The notes below the pieces were generated by a model that was not told the DNA's origin, ran no database searches, and was given only the letters and a program-made list of their open reading frames with translations. A DNA stretch of 62,781 bases, counting the filler, from Choristocarpus tenellus KU-1152 (lineage: Eukaryota; Protista; Phaeophyceae): NCBI GenBank assembly GCA_964200185.2. It is 12 parts of 12 records of this genome, joined end to end, with 100 filler letters (N's around TTAATTAATTAA, not from the genome) between each part and the next. Parts side by side here need not be neighbours in the genome. Positions count along the whole stretch, not along the records: positions 32,625 to 40,436 come from CAXNAD020005553.1; positions 40,537 to 45,737 come from CAXNAD020011524.1; positions 45,838 to 48,709 come from CAXNAD020024039.1; 9 more parts are not named here. The stretch is one strand, 5' to 3'. The position numbers and the translations under genes were made by a program. Positions 35,294-48,100 of the stretch are shown piece by piece (within the stretch, counting starts at the first letter, position 1; every line of letters starts with the position of its first letter).

Positions 35294-37146
35294 GTGGGTT
35301 GATCTGTTTGGGCAATTTGTAGGATTTACACAACTGTGACATGAGGGCTAGTATTCTGTGGCGTTTTGAGGGAAGAAGAGTGATCTATTCGTGGAACGTT
35401 TGTGGAAATTCTATGGGGTAAGTGGGGAGTGATGGGCCATGGTAGATATGCCTGTATGCTTTAGGACCTCACATGCCAATAAACCCACTCACAGGATTCT
35501 GTATTTTGTCTTTCGTACCCATTACTACTGTTTATTCTGCACTATTCATTCAACATACAGAAGCTTGTTGGGCAAATTACACACAAAGACTGTTCAATGA
35601 TTCCTTGTAGTAAAACTCTCTTGGTCAACTACAAGGAATTTTTGTGTAGCATATCAACTGTGGCTCAAGTCAAGGTTCAACATAGTACTCAACTCTATTA
35701 CCGTTGTCGTGCATTTGTTTTTTGTATGGAGAAATGAATGCACTTGTTGTACCATCCCTCATGAAGAACGCAAGCAACGAATTTATCCAGGCTCACTACA
35801 CGTAAAACCCATTGGGTCATCACGCTCTTGTCCAAGGGTCACGTTTGTTGCTCCTCCATTACCCTGTACTGTGTGCCTTAAGAACAGTTGTTACATAAAG
35901 AGGCCTACACCTTGAAGTCTTAATTTTGCCACTTCGCTTCCTTGACTGCAACATTGGTGCATGACACATCGGTAGGCGAACGGAATATCTTCTAGGACAA
36001 ATGTTAATTTGGTTTTAGAACAATAATATTTCCATGCGGACCACCACTCTCGTATCAAAATGTGTCTCGGCGAAACATTTTTTAGGTGGAGTTTGACTTC
36101 GTGAATCGAGCGTATGGAGGGAGATCAAGACTAGCAATGTTGGAGAGGACAGCCGAGTCTGAAGATATTGGAAGACGTGCAGGAAGAAGGCACTCAACAT
36201 GTCGCATATACCTTAGCGGGGGTGAATAGCTGCACACCCAGACTGCAAAATAAATCAAATTAGAAGGATGATCAAGGCCTAGCTTGCGCTGGTTCTTCAT
36301 TCAGAAGCATTCATTCGGCGGAGGAAAATCATCTACTTGTGTAGGGAGGTGTAACACGTAGAGTGGGGATAGTTGCTTCATCAGTTCACACATTCACAAC
36401 TTCAGCGATATTTGATTGCCAGGATGCCTTCGCACTGAACAAAACAAAATCCGAGAATCCGTAATCGCGTTACCTCCATCTTTGGCCAAGTCCGTCACTT
36501 GGCTGTAAACCTCATCGCTGAAGGATCTCTGAGAAAAACGGGAGCGTAACAACCCCATTAAAGTTCTCGGTGGTGAGTCGGGCTTTCCTATATTACCCTT
36601 TCTGATTGGTTCAAGGGAACTCGTGGACAGTAGCGATTGGTCAGCTTCCACCGACGATGTAATGAGGGTCGTGGTGTACCGTAGTTTGCAGTGTACTGCG
36701 ACTGTGGGAGAAACCGTCCCCAGTAGTATGTTGGCCTTGTGTCGCACTGCCAGCAATTAAATCTTGTACCATCCTGAAAAGGAATTCAGTCTAGTCCACA
36801 GTCCGGTACGACTAAGAATAATCTGTTTACAGTGCATGTGGAATGATACTCGTCAGTTCACAGTAGATCTGTAACACTAGTCCACTCCGCCGACCGTTAA
36901 TTTCAACGGTGGGGGAAGGTGAAAATATCCGGGTTAGTCTAGGAGATCCCACCCCTGAGAAGACCCCTAATATATTCCTTTTCTCGCATCACCATGCCAA
37001 TCCACCCTCCAACCTTCTACATTCTCTTCATTAACAACCTCCGATTTCTGAGGGAATGTTGTAACGCGTTGCACACTGACCCCTGCATCCATCCATTGAT
37101 GGTTACCAATGACATGGACAATTCTGAGTCAGAAACGGAGATACGA

Positions 37147-37404
37147 GAACCAAAGTATCTTAGAGGGCAAAGCCGCGTCCATTTGGGGGCTAAAATCCAA
37201 TGTTGCGATTTTGATGTAATTTTGGCTATAGTTTTTGTTAGAAAGTGTCAATATCCATGTCACAGACACACGTTTTAATAGTGTATACACTTTCCCTACT
37301 CCGAAACATTTTGGAGTAGGAAAATGTCATAAAAGAACCCATGGGAAGCCAAGCCACAAATGGACAAACAGGGGAAAACTCGTACTCTCTAAGATACTTC
37401 ACTC
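37147..37404 (-). mobile_element. MITE family A copy (no clean TSD)
   Basis: GAACCAAAGTATCTTAGAGGG...CTCTAAGATACTTCACTC, with the family A interior. Confidence 0.88.
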
Positions 37405-37790
37405 TGAACAAGTCCTTGCCTTCTCATTGGTCCGAAATACTTTCTTTGGGCTGCCCCACAAGTCAGAGACACTCTTTTGATACTAATGGTATCATCTCCT
37501 CGATAATACTGCACCAATCTGTGATGGATAGAAACCCTTTTGACGTATTCCACATACCAGTGACAAAAAAACACCTATGAAACACTCTCCTTTTTGTAGA
37601 GATCAAGTTTAATATATTCTTATGTATTCTTTTGAAGTAGAAAGGCACGATATGTAGGGGATGATGAAGGGGTGTTCTTGGATGATTGTGGAGTGGTGTT
37701 GAGTGTTGTGGGGAAGCGGAAAGTGGCGGAGAGTGTTGTGAGGGGGAGTGGTAAGTGGTATGGGGGTTGGGTGGGGTTGAAGGGTGGAGT

Positions 37791-37990
37791 GGTGACTGGA
37801 AATCAGTGGCGAAGGGATCGCACTGGTTGGTCATCAGATGGGGTTGGTGACTGGGAATCAGTGGCGAAGGGGTCGCACTGGTTGGTCATCGGAGGTGGTT
37901 GGTGACTGGAAATCAGTGGCGAGGGGGCTTCACACTGGTTGGTCATCAGTGGTGGATAGTGACTGGGAATCAGTGGCGAAGGAGTTCGTG
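37791..37990. repeat. ~55-bp tandem repeat (~3.6 copies); related units at 38645-38740 and 42300-42465
   Basis: GGTGACTGG(A/G)AATCAGTGGCGAAGGG..CGCACTGGTTGGTCATC at 37791, 37846, 37901 and 37958. Confidence 0.9.
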
Positions 37991-39103
37991 TTAAAACATA
38001 GGCTACTCATTTGATTTGTTTTTTGACAAGGATGAAGTATCGTCAGTTCATATTGAACGTTAATTTGTTCACTGTAATGGTCGCTACTTCCACTTTCCTC
38101 ATTGCCTCATCATCACAACATTCCCGACCACCTTCAGAACACCACAGTACATAGGAAGCATAAGAACAGCCGCTACCTATCACATACACAGGCATACTAT
38201 GTACCACATCAGTTCCCTTACGTATTGATTCAAAGTTGTCTCCTTGTTGTTTCTTCTCTTGTTTTACTTTCTTCTTCATACAAGAAGTTATCAGTTGCAT
38301 ATACCATGTGCTGATTTTTTTTTTCTTCGACTGGCATTGCCCCCTCATAAGACATCCTTTTCACTCGCACTACGTGTGCCAGGCACACACTTGGATGCAA
38401 TATAAACAGAGTTAAGACCACCCTCAGAAACCCTTATCAGCCAAGATGGCAAGCCTCTTCACAGACCATGCATTTCTTCATTTGAACGTCTCGATGAATG
38501 ACTACAGTTTTATATCAATCACTGTCTAATTGATTTAAACATTTCGTCAGACCAATCAGAACGAATTCACCAGCGCTTCGTTGCTGTATGACAACCTTCG
38601 CACAACTAAGCACAACATCTTCGCAACTCAGGTTTCAATACTTTGCACTAGTTGGTCATGTGATGGGCTTGGTGACTGGAAATCAGTGGCGAAGGGAGTT
38701 CGCACTGATTGATCATCCGAGGTGGGGTGACTGGAAATCGTGATCTTCCAAATTGTCCCGAATGCATGTGGCAAAAAAATTAGATATTTCAAAAACTTCT
38801 TCACCTGCACACACACATCCTCATCATCACAAAAAGATGTCTACGATCTGACCGTTACGATTTCATAGAATCTATGTCTTGAAGGGGCCGTGAACGGGCC
38901 CGTGGACCAGTCTGGTTACAAACTGTTGCTGCCCTGGACTGGCCCTGGTAAGACATACTACGATGAGTAGCATTATTGGATTTATTGGCGGTTGACCCCC
39001 AGTCGCGTCCGGTTGATCGCTTTGATTGCCCTGGACCAGTCCTGTTAAAACGCACTCTACTGGGGCAACCCATGGAACAACCTGATCACCTTCGACCGGT
39101 CTG

Positions 39104-40248
39104 GTGCATACAATATCAGACGGTTCCAGGATTAAAGAAGATTCTGGTGACCTTGAGTACAGTATGGGATGCAAGATTTCACGTGACAGAATTGCACAGA
39201 TAGTCAGCAACAGTCAGAACAAGTGCGTTAAGAGCATCTGTCAAAGATTTGGTATAAATGGGGCAAAGAAGAGGGCGGCACCCCATGATCTCTCAAGGAA
39301 TTAGACAAGAGTGAGGAGCATCCAAGTGTTGATGAAACCGTACAGAGAAGCAGTTGGTAGTTGATGTGGGCAGCTGTTACGACAAGGCTAGACATTGCAA
39401 ATGCAGTTCATGAGATTGCCAAATACAGTTTAACACCAAAGTCACACATTGGCGTCCAGTTAAGTGTACTTTAGCATATTTTTTAATACGTGTCCCAGCG
39501 TTGGATTGAGTTTTGGTGTTTTTGATACAGAGTGAGTTGAGAGCATATGCTGATCCTAGTTATGCTGGAGACTGTAGGAGCAACATCTTGGATGCCAAAG
39601 GCACGAAATGTTATAGCTCTGTCTTTCACGGAGAGTGAGTATATAGCCCTTAGCAGTGTGGCACAGGAATTACTTTTCTTGATAAATATTTTGGAGTTTA
39701 TTCAGTCACAGTAATCTAGGCGTTACATTGACATGTTTGAGGGTAACGATGGTGCATGCAAACTAGTACGAAATGCCACAGGCTCTACTAGAACAAAGCA
39801 CATTGATGTCCGACACAATGCTTTGAGGGACCTAGCTAGAAAAGGAGATATTGATGTTGTCTTTGTTGGTACTCCAAACCAGAGAGCAGATGCGTTGACG
39901 AAGAATTTTTGTCAGTAAGAATTTTTGGACGTTAAGTTTTTGATTAATATGTAGTGTGATGACATGTGTGTAGTTTTTTTTATGTTATTGTTTAAGGGTT
40001 AATACTTGTTTTCAGCAAGGGAAGAATGACGAATAACCTAGTGTTATCCTTACGTTGTGTGTGTGCTGATAAAGTATACAACGTAGTTTCATGTACGTTT
40101 ATCTTTAGTTCGGTACAACACAATGTAGTAACGTACACAGCAGTATGATGGGCCAGTCTTTGGTCATACGTCAGAGATAATTGATGGCTAAGTCAAAGAC
40201 CCAGTGGATAATTAATATTCCGTGTATGTTCACTATCTAACTCAACCA
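39104..40248 (+). mobile_element. Degenerate Ty1/copia fragment: RT C-terminus, RNase H, and a probable PPT/3' LTR start at ~40027
   Basis: MGCKISRDR..SQ..RFG, PYREAVGS, TR(L)DIANAV and RTKHIDVRH..NQRADALTK, with multiple stops and frameshifts. Confidence 0.88.
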
Positions 40249-40430
40249 GGCTAAAATTATCTGGGGGGGGATGGCTGTCCATTTGGGGCGAATTTTTTCA
40301 TGTCATAAGTTTTGTGTCATTCGGTTGCATACGTCGGATGGACGATGTCAGAGCACTTTTCCTGATTTTGACCCAAATGGACACCCTGGTGTAGACCCCC
40401 TACCCCCCCCCCCCCCCATACTCCGGCGCC
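40249..40430. mobile_element. MITE family B copy with a degenerate right end at the contig edge
   Basis: GGCTAAAATTATCTGGGGGGG..GCTGTCCATTTGGGG..CCCAAATGGACACCCTGGTGTAGACCCCC. Confidence 0.82.
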
Positions 40431-40599
40431 CCACCGNNNNNNNNNNNNNNNNNNNNNNNNNNNNNNNNNNNNNNNNNNNNTTAATTAATTAANNNNNNNN
40501 NNNNNNNNNNNNNNNNNNNNNNNNNNNNNNNNNNNNTCTCTGTGCCCCCAGCCAACCAGAATTCTCCCGCCCACAAAACTCAGTTTACTTCATAAACTC

Positions 40600-40720
40600 T
40601 CACATTTTACCTACTCCTAAACATTTTGTACTAGGAAAATGCCATAAGAAAACGTATTGGAAGCCAAGCCCAAAATGGACGAACAGGGCAAAACCTGTAC
40701 CCTCTAAGATACTTTGACTC
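40600..40720 (-). mobile_element. MITE family A, partial copy
   Basis: CATTTTACCTACTCC...CAAAATGGAC...TACCCTCTAAGATACTTTGACTC. Confidence 0.82.
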
Positions 40721-40733
40721 ATACATTTACTCA

Positions 40734-41225
40734 GTGTCCTACCTTCCGGATGATGGCGAAAAATCGTTGCATCCTCACCTGAGGTCCTACATGACAGAGG
40801 ACGAGATAGAGGAGGGTGACGACCAACTTCGGGAGAAGAACGACAGTGTGGAGGCTGCAGCCCAGCGTGTCAGACAATGCTGCCGGTGGATGGTTGACCT
40901 CCAACGGAAGCGTATTGACATAGAGAAGGATATAGAGAAATAGATACTCCTTGAACCGATACTGAGGGTTGTGCCGGATTTAGATGAGGGAGAAACACTC
41001 AATGCAGGTGCCAAGGGCAGAGGACTATACTTCAGATTGGACGATCAGTGGATGCGAGGGACCGTGACCAAGTACCAGCCCCACTACACAGTGAAAGTTG
41101 GAGATGAGCGAATCAGCTACCCCTACGAGGTTAAATGAGAGAATGGCAAATTGCGAAATATCCAGCTTCTTGTCAAACGATACAGTATAGAGCAAGACGC
41201 TCCTGCACATGCCTGGTTCTGGACA
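40734..41225 (+). pseudogene. Decayed ORF with two in-frame stops, ending in an SH3/Tudor-like beta segment; possibly TE-associated
   Basis: One frame reads ..DIEK*ILLEP..LYFRLDDQWMRGTVTKYQPH..YPYEVK*ENG..YSIEQDAPAHAWF. It is flanked by family A MITEs. Confidence 0.35.
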
Positions 41226-41391
41226 AGTCCCACTCTGCCCCCATACTGACAAGAGATACGACTTTGAGGAGCAACCTAGGCCAATTCCTGATCGTGAGTC
41301 ACCCTCTACGTCGCCAATCAGACACATGCCTCGACAGACATGTTATACTGGAGAGGTTGGACGATATAAAAATCGACACTAATATACATCT

Positions 41392-41648
41392 GAGTCGAAG
41401 TATCTTAGAGGGTAGAGCCGTGTCCATTTGTTGGTCAAATCCAATGCTGCGATATTGATGAGATTTTGGCTATAGTATTTGATAGGAAGTGTCAATATCC
41501 TTGTTCCAGACACAATTTTTCATAACGTACACATTTTATCCCCTCTGAACCATTTCGGGGTAGGAAAATGTAAGAAAAATCCCGTGCGAACCCAAGCCCC
41601 AAACGGACAAACAGGGCAAAACTCGTACCCTCTAAGATACTTTAACTC
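41392..41648 (-). mobile_element. MITE family A, full copy with 4-bp TSD ATCT
   Basis: GAGTCGAAGTATCTTAGAGGG...CTCTAAGATACTTTAACTC, flanked by atct. Confidence 0.9.
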
Positions 41649-42107
41649 ATCTCGAATATTAATCCTTCATATCTTCCTGATGATGAGTTTGTGTTAGTCT
41701 GTCCTCATACACATTCTTTTATTGGCCCGATGGCAACCTGGAATTCATTGCGATTAGTGCATGCTGCGACTATGCTCTAACACTCTTGCTGACACGTCCC
41801 AATCTTTTTTCGTCCCCTCTTTGCATTGATCGGACCACAGAGCACTGGACAGAAACCTTGCTAGAACTAGCAAGACACAGAAGAATCTCGTACTCCATAC
41901 CACCATCTTCAGCACAAGTTGAGATTTTCGCAATAGATGACCCCTCTTCCACAACCAATCAAAACGGCGGCAACCATCCCAGCACCAAACTATGAACCCA
42001 ACGGCAACCTACCTGAGCCACAACAACATAGTCTACACCCACTCAAACACCAAGCGTAGATCCTAAAGGCATTTTATTTCAAAATTCATCAAAAAAGGAC
42101 GGTGACC

Positions 42108-42131
42108 GGGTCAAAGTATCTGGGGGGGGAA
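42108..42131. mobile_element. Orphan family-B-type terminus followed by non-MITE sequence
   Basis: GGGTCAAAGTATCTGGGGGGG, not followed by the family B interior. Confidence 0.6.
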
Positions 42132-43202
42132 GGTAACAATCAAGTGGGATTTTGGAGAGGGGGGCAAGATCAAGTTCGGGCGGGGTAGATGTCTTCTCTA
42201 GTTCAAAGTCACAGCATCGAAGCAGATTATTGTAGGGTTTTCTAGGGTAAAAATGGTACGGTGGAAAGTGGAATGGATTCGCCGAAATTGGCTGCAATTG
42301 GTTGGTAACTGGAAACCGGTGGCGAAGATTGGTTGCACTTGTTGGTTATCAGATATATGGGATTGACCCCACAGATTGGTCATTAGATGTGTGGAATTGG
42401 CAACATTGATTGGTGACTAGGAATCAGTGGCAAAGATTGATCTCACTGGTTGGTCACTGGATGTGTGGAGTATGTTGCTGTAGGTGGTGATTGGAGATGG
42501 GGATTTGGCCTCATAGTCCGTGGTTTAAGAATGTTAGTGTGTGGAGGGAAGGAAGAAATGATATTATGGGGGTTGAAGAGGAGGAGAGTGGACGGAATGC
42601 TAAGAATAGGTTAATGGATAAATCCAGAATTCGTGAGGAAAAAGAAAACTTGTCACAAGGACTACACTACTAATACTAAGATTGAAATTTAATACTTTGG
42701 GGTTTTGAAACTATATACAAAATTTTCTAGACATATTTTTTTGGCTGTTCTGTTTGTGATACAGAACTGAAATTGAATTTTTGGTGGATACTACTACTAT
42801 TGTAGTTTGTTGGTTAAATCTTTGAAATGAGTCCCTTGACTCACTCGATGACAAACACCTTTTCTTCATCGGTTGGCATTTAAGGCGTGTTGTCACCTGG
42901 TGAATGAGGTCACTCAGTGACGATGATGCATTTTGTTGACTTTTTGAGTATGCGTTATCATCATTTGTGTTGTTTTCTGTACGACTACTACGAATTACTA
43001 CGACTACTACCGTAGAATACCACTACTGCAATACTAATAGTAATTCCCACTTGTCACGATTTTCCATTTGGTAATGCCCAAAAATGTCAAAAAGCAAATC
43101 AAAACGACCCTGAAAGCGTGCGTATAGAAGATGACCTAAGGAGGATAAACAATAGGTGATGTAGTGTTGGCAGTCACCTCTACAATAGGATCAGCCCGAT
43201 CT

Positions 43203-43760
43203 CGATTTTTTTTAAAGATTGCCCAACGAATTAAACCGCGATCAGCATATCGAATGAAAGCCCTTGATATAAGGTATCAATTTCCAGAAAGGATATCTTT
43301 CCGAAACTATCTTGGTAAGGTTAAATTTTAACCGAATGTTTTCGGCACAACCTTGAAAATGTTTCAGAATGAATTGCCAAGACCAAAAATATTTTCCGAA
43401 ATAAATCCTTTACGTAAATTGATAGACTAAATCCAGAGATTTCATCTGAGAGTGAAAGTATCTTAGTGGGTATGAGTTTTGCCCTGTTTGTACGTTTTGG
43501 GCTTGACTTCCCGCAGTGTTTTTTACAATATTTTTCCTACTCCGAAATGTTTGGAAGTAGGTAAAATGTATACGTTATGAAAAGGTGTGCCTGGAACAAG
43601 GATATTAACACTTCCTAACAAACACGATAACCAAAATTACATCAAAATTGCAATATTGGATTTTGACCCCCAGAAGGACGCGGCTCTACCCTCTAAGATA
43701 CTTTGACTCCTGATATGCTGATCATTGATTAACTCGTTGGGCAACCTTTTCAAAAAATTC
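43203..43760. repeat. Long imperfect inverted repeat (foldback-like element), interrupted by a family A MITE
   Basis: The left arm (~43203-43317) is the approximate reverse complement of 43382-43449 joined to 43714-43760. Confidence 0.75.
43450..43709 (+). mobile_element. MITE family A, full copy with 4-bp TSD CTGA
   Basis: GAGTGAAAGTATCTTAG...CTCTAAGATACTTTGACTC, flanked by ctga. Confidence 0.92.
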
Positions 43761-43849
43761 AACATTGATAACCGCCAAAACGGTACGTGGGCGGACCTCG
43801 GCTTAATACTGTTTAAGACACTCACAGGACACTGTGACGCACAATGAGG

Positions 43850-43920
43850 TCCGAGTTGTTGCCTGCCCCTTGCAGGACAATGTGAATTGAACCCGATAGA
43901 GATGATCTGGGGGCAACTGG
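43850..43920 (+). pseudogene. IS630/Tc1-like (DDE_3) transposase C-terminal fragment
   Basis: CELNPIEMIWGQL at 43881 is the PxLNPIExxW signature. Confidence 0.7.
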
Positions 43921-44914
43921 AACAAGAGCCAACATTCCTATCTGTCTTAAGGATGAAGGGAGGCTATCCAGCGTAATTGTGGAGAGGTTCTTCAGGAGAA
44001 GTATTGCTTACCACCTGATAAATTACAACGAGAAAGGCATGGAGTGCATCAAATTGGACAGCGTGTATAAGACATTGAAGTCTCGCAGGAGGCCTGCACC
44101 TTCAGAATACCTCATTTGACTTTGGACGGATTGTCTGGTTCAGAGGCCTGGGCCCCCACTAGTGAGCCTTAGTCAACAGGTGAAAAAATCGTATAAACGG
44201 GAAATAATGGAAAGAGAATGGAGAGACGACAACGCCCATGTTCTCCAGGTGAAGATGGCCTGTTCTGGTCTCAAATTCATCCTTGAATGCCCGGTTCGCG
44301 CGCGCCACGTGGCACCCCCGCGCTAACCGCGCGCGGACTAATTTATTCAAGTATGGTCGTGTATTCATCATGATTACTGTAAGTTGACCGACCGAGACCC
44401 ATCAAATAATGTTAAGCATGCTGATGCGATTACAGCAAACGAATTTTCACGAAAAAAATTGTTGTTGATCAAAAGTTATGCACGACAAAGTTGATGCAGG
44501 AGGCGACTTCGAACCCTTCAAGCAATATATGAACCAATGGATGCCATGCTAGGTGTAATGAAGAATTAGACCGAAATGTAGTGGTGTGTTCATTCTATGA
44601 AACAGGAAGTCAGATAGGAACGATCACTATATCCACCAGTTGAAGCAATCTGAAGATACAAAATGATGAATGAAAAAAAAATGCTACAGTGGTACCAGCA
44701 GCTTCGCCCTCTGGGGTTGTCCCGTCATAACTTTTGATGTAAGCATCGAATTAAGAAATAAAAGCATATTCGTAATGGTCGTCAAATATTCGGGTATTGT
44801 CCACCATTTTTTTCTTTTTTTGAAGAAAGACCGCTCTTATTGGGGTTCGAACCCGGGATTGTAGGTCACCAAGAGTGGCAACAGATGCACTATTACCTGA
44901 TTCAAGTATAAGGC

Positions 44915-45180
44915 TTAGGTGGGGAAAACGCCTCCCAATCCTTTCTTCCTGTGTGTTCGCGCACCCACTCTTTGACCTCGGCAAGGATGTCGTCCTCGAG
45001 GCCCAGGACGAAGCGCCTCTCATAGTGCCCTTGCTCCAACACCTTGATGTGGCCCTTAGTTTAGGAAGTCTCTCTCCCATTTACTCACAGTTTCTGGCCT
45101 GACCATCGCATGTCCTGCTGCCATCTCAAGCGCCGTTTGACAGTCTTTCCGATCATCCATACACACAAACAGGATTCACA
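44915..45180 (-). pseudogene. Possible N-terminal fragment of an IS630/Tc1-like transposase
   Basis: ETVSKWERDF / GHYERRFVLGLEDDILAEVKEWVREH resembles the HTH-adjacent region of eukaryotic IS630-like transposases. Frameshifted. Confidence 0.35.
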
Positions 45181-48100
45181 GTGTTAGAGCCTTAACTATC
45201 ACATTTCCTCATTGAGCACCGGAAATGGGCGTTGTCTGTGTTTCCTGGACGGGTGATATTTCTTTTCATCAAGGTGCAAGGGCGAGGGAGGACAGGCGTG
45301 AGTTGATCGAAAATTGTGTTGATTTCTCGAATGAATGTAGGCTGGGAGAAAGCCTTAGTCAACGTTATACGTCCAACCCCAAGTCCACGAACAAAAGTGA
45401 ATGTACGGAATCTTGCAAGAAATGGGAGACACCAAACCACTGGTATGCAAATAGTCTCAATCTCACCTCCTCCTCTTCCCTGGCGTCCTTGTCGATGGCT
45501 ACCTTCACCTGCTTCGAGATCTCTTCAAAGTAAAGGATTTGGTTGTATCGAAAATTCTCCACAGCTGCCTTTACTAAGATCACTTTCTCCTCCATCTTGC
45601 GAGCCCTTTCAACCTTCTTTCGGGCTTCAGAGCCCTTGTAGCCCAACCCTAACACCTTCTTTCTCGTCCTTAAGCGACTCTGGCTCACATAGCTTCCAAA
45701 CAGCCAGGACCTGCTACAACTGTGGACTACTAAGATANNNNNNNNNNNNNNNNNNNNNNNNNNNNNNNNNNNNNNNNNNNNTTAATTAATTAANNNNNNN
45801 NNNNNNNNNNNNNNNNNNNNNNNNNNNNNNNNNNNNNGGAGAGATATTGAAGAGTTTTTATTGAGGGTAGGTGGTTGGGGAGGGAGCCGTAGGGGGGGGG
45901 GGTGGTACAAGCTTGTCGGAGATCTAGTGTGGAATTATCTTCTAGTGTTGTGCAAGCACAGCAGTTACGTTTTTTTTAACATTGAGGTTGGTTGTTAGGT
46001 TGTGGTGAACAGTTGGATGGTGTGCTGATTGTTACTTTTTTGTACCCCTTTTTTGTTTTTTTTTGTTTATGTACGGTTTGAGTGATAGTAGATTGTTGAT
46101 TGGTGGAACAAAAAAAAAGAGGTGAGTCCCGAAACGTGGGTGGTTAATGCCCTTGATGCTACCTGTTGTATTATTGTACGCATGCCTTGAACCGAAAATG
46201 TGTAAGAATATATTTTAAAAAAAGGTATATTTATGTATGTATTTATGTATGTATGTGTGTGTATATATTATATATATGTATGAGTGAAGTGTGAGGATTG
46301 TGATTGTCCAAGAAGAGTACTGCTCCTGTTCACCTTCGCCTCTTTTGTTATATCCAAATTGTTTTATGTTTTTTTGTATGTTGCATGTTGTCCGGGTTTT
46401 TTTTACTGTAGCTGCTTGCTATATGAACTGTATACGCTTCCAGCTTTAAGTCTGTGAGATTTTGAGTCAGAGTCTGTGCCGTAGGAATTTTACTCAGACA
46501 CTTTTTTTTGTTGTTGCATCTCCTGAAGTGGTTGATGTTTTAAGTTGATGCATTTGTTGTACCAGGTGGTGATTAATAAATGGTGTAGTGACTCTAATTC
46601 ACTTCTGAGAAGTATTTAATTCGGCTGGGTTTTTCTTGTGTACTGCTTGTTCGTGATCGATTTTTTTTTAATGTATATACAGCACGCACGAGTGGAGGCG
46701 TGCGAATCGCTGAGCTCCATGCTGCGTGTAATCGCACGAGAAAAAATAATAAAAAAAACATGCCAAAAATTCCTCCCTCGCTTGTGGCAGTGATTTGATT
46801 GTAGAGATTTGATCAGCACTATTCACAACATCATTAACAGTAGCACTAGTGCTAATAGTGCAACATTTTCAGCACCCCCTGATTTTCCAGTTTAACAATT
46901 TTGTGGGTCTACTTTTTGCCAGTTTTTTTTTGTATGGTCAGAGAATTGTGCCGGAATGTTCCTAGTTGGTTTGCACTGACACGTCAGTCAGGAGGTATTA
47001 AGCTGTATCTGAATGTTGTTCAATGACACTCTTTGGGTGGTAAGAGTTGGTAGTGACTATATAGATATTGTATTGAGTCTTGTGATGTTACTGAAAATGG
47101 TGACATCATATCTAGCTGTATAGGTCCAGTTGTCGATCGCCAGGTTCACTCAGGTGTGTCTCCTACAACTAGTAAAAGAAAAAAATCTTACCTGATGCAT
47201 TTGCGGAATAGAAAGGACTTGACGCTAAAAGGTATTTTGACAAATGTTGGGTACACGCACCCATGAACACATACCAACACACGAGACATGATTCCCAAAC
47301 TTCTTCGCATCTGCCCGCCTTCCTCCTTTCCAGGAAAAGGACCAATTGCAGCAGTGATCCGAAAGGTGGAGAATCAACTTGCTAGGGCCAGGGGGATACT
47401 GCCTTCCTCCCTTCATTGAGTTTAGGCGATAGAGAAGGATGGGCTCCTGGGGGCTAGCATTGTTTATGGTGTAGTGACTTCAGTGTACAGATACGTAAAG
47501 TACATGAACTACTGCTGCTTCTGAGTGGATTGGAGGAACAGGTTGCTTTCGTCTGAACAACATTATCGAAACAGAGAGTGTCCTCAACAGACCTCAATGG
47601 CAATCCATGCATGATGTTAGTCCGCTATTTGTTCCAATGAAGTAAGTCTATGCCGCACCTTCCACCTGCTGCTCCCGGCACTTCGAAGGGAGTGAGAGAC
47701 GTTCATCACCTACCTTGCGATAAGTTTTAGCTTTTGTATGTGTGGTATGTATGTATGTCTTCTGCAATATATCCACAGATCTCCACCTGCAGTATGACGA
47801 GTATAATCATGATTATAATAATCGTATCTGAATACACTCATACTTGAAGTGAACCACTTGTATCTACTTTCTTTTGTAGCTTGTCTGTACGATGAGAGAT
47901 TGCTGCTGCTTCTCCACCTTCATCGTTTTTTAGGAAATGCATCCTAGACCATTTTTGCTTGCTTTTTGATGAGCGGTGTCACCATATTGTATACATTAAC
48001 AACACACATTTGGCTTGATCCAGCTGGGTCGAATGTGCCATCCATCATATAAATGTATGGAAGGACATCTGAAAAGATCATTAAGGAAGAATGCATGTCC

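Noticed and set aside
44835-44865. tRNA or SINE suggested by the B-box-like GGTTCGAACCC
   Set aside because: No cloverleaf or A-box could be built by eye.
46817-46860. CACTA...TAGTG mini inverted repeat
   Set aside because: It is only 44 bp and single-copy with no convincing TSD, so it is likely chance.
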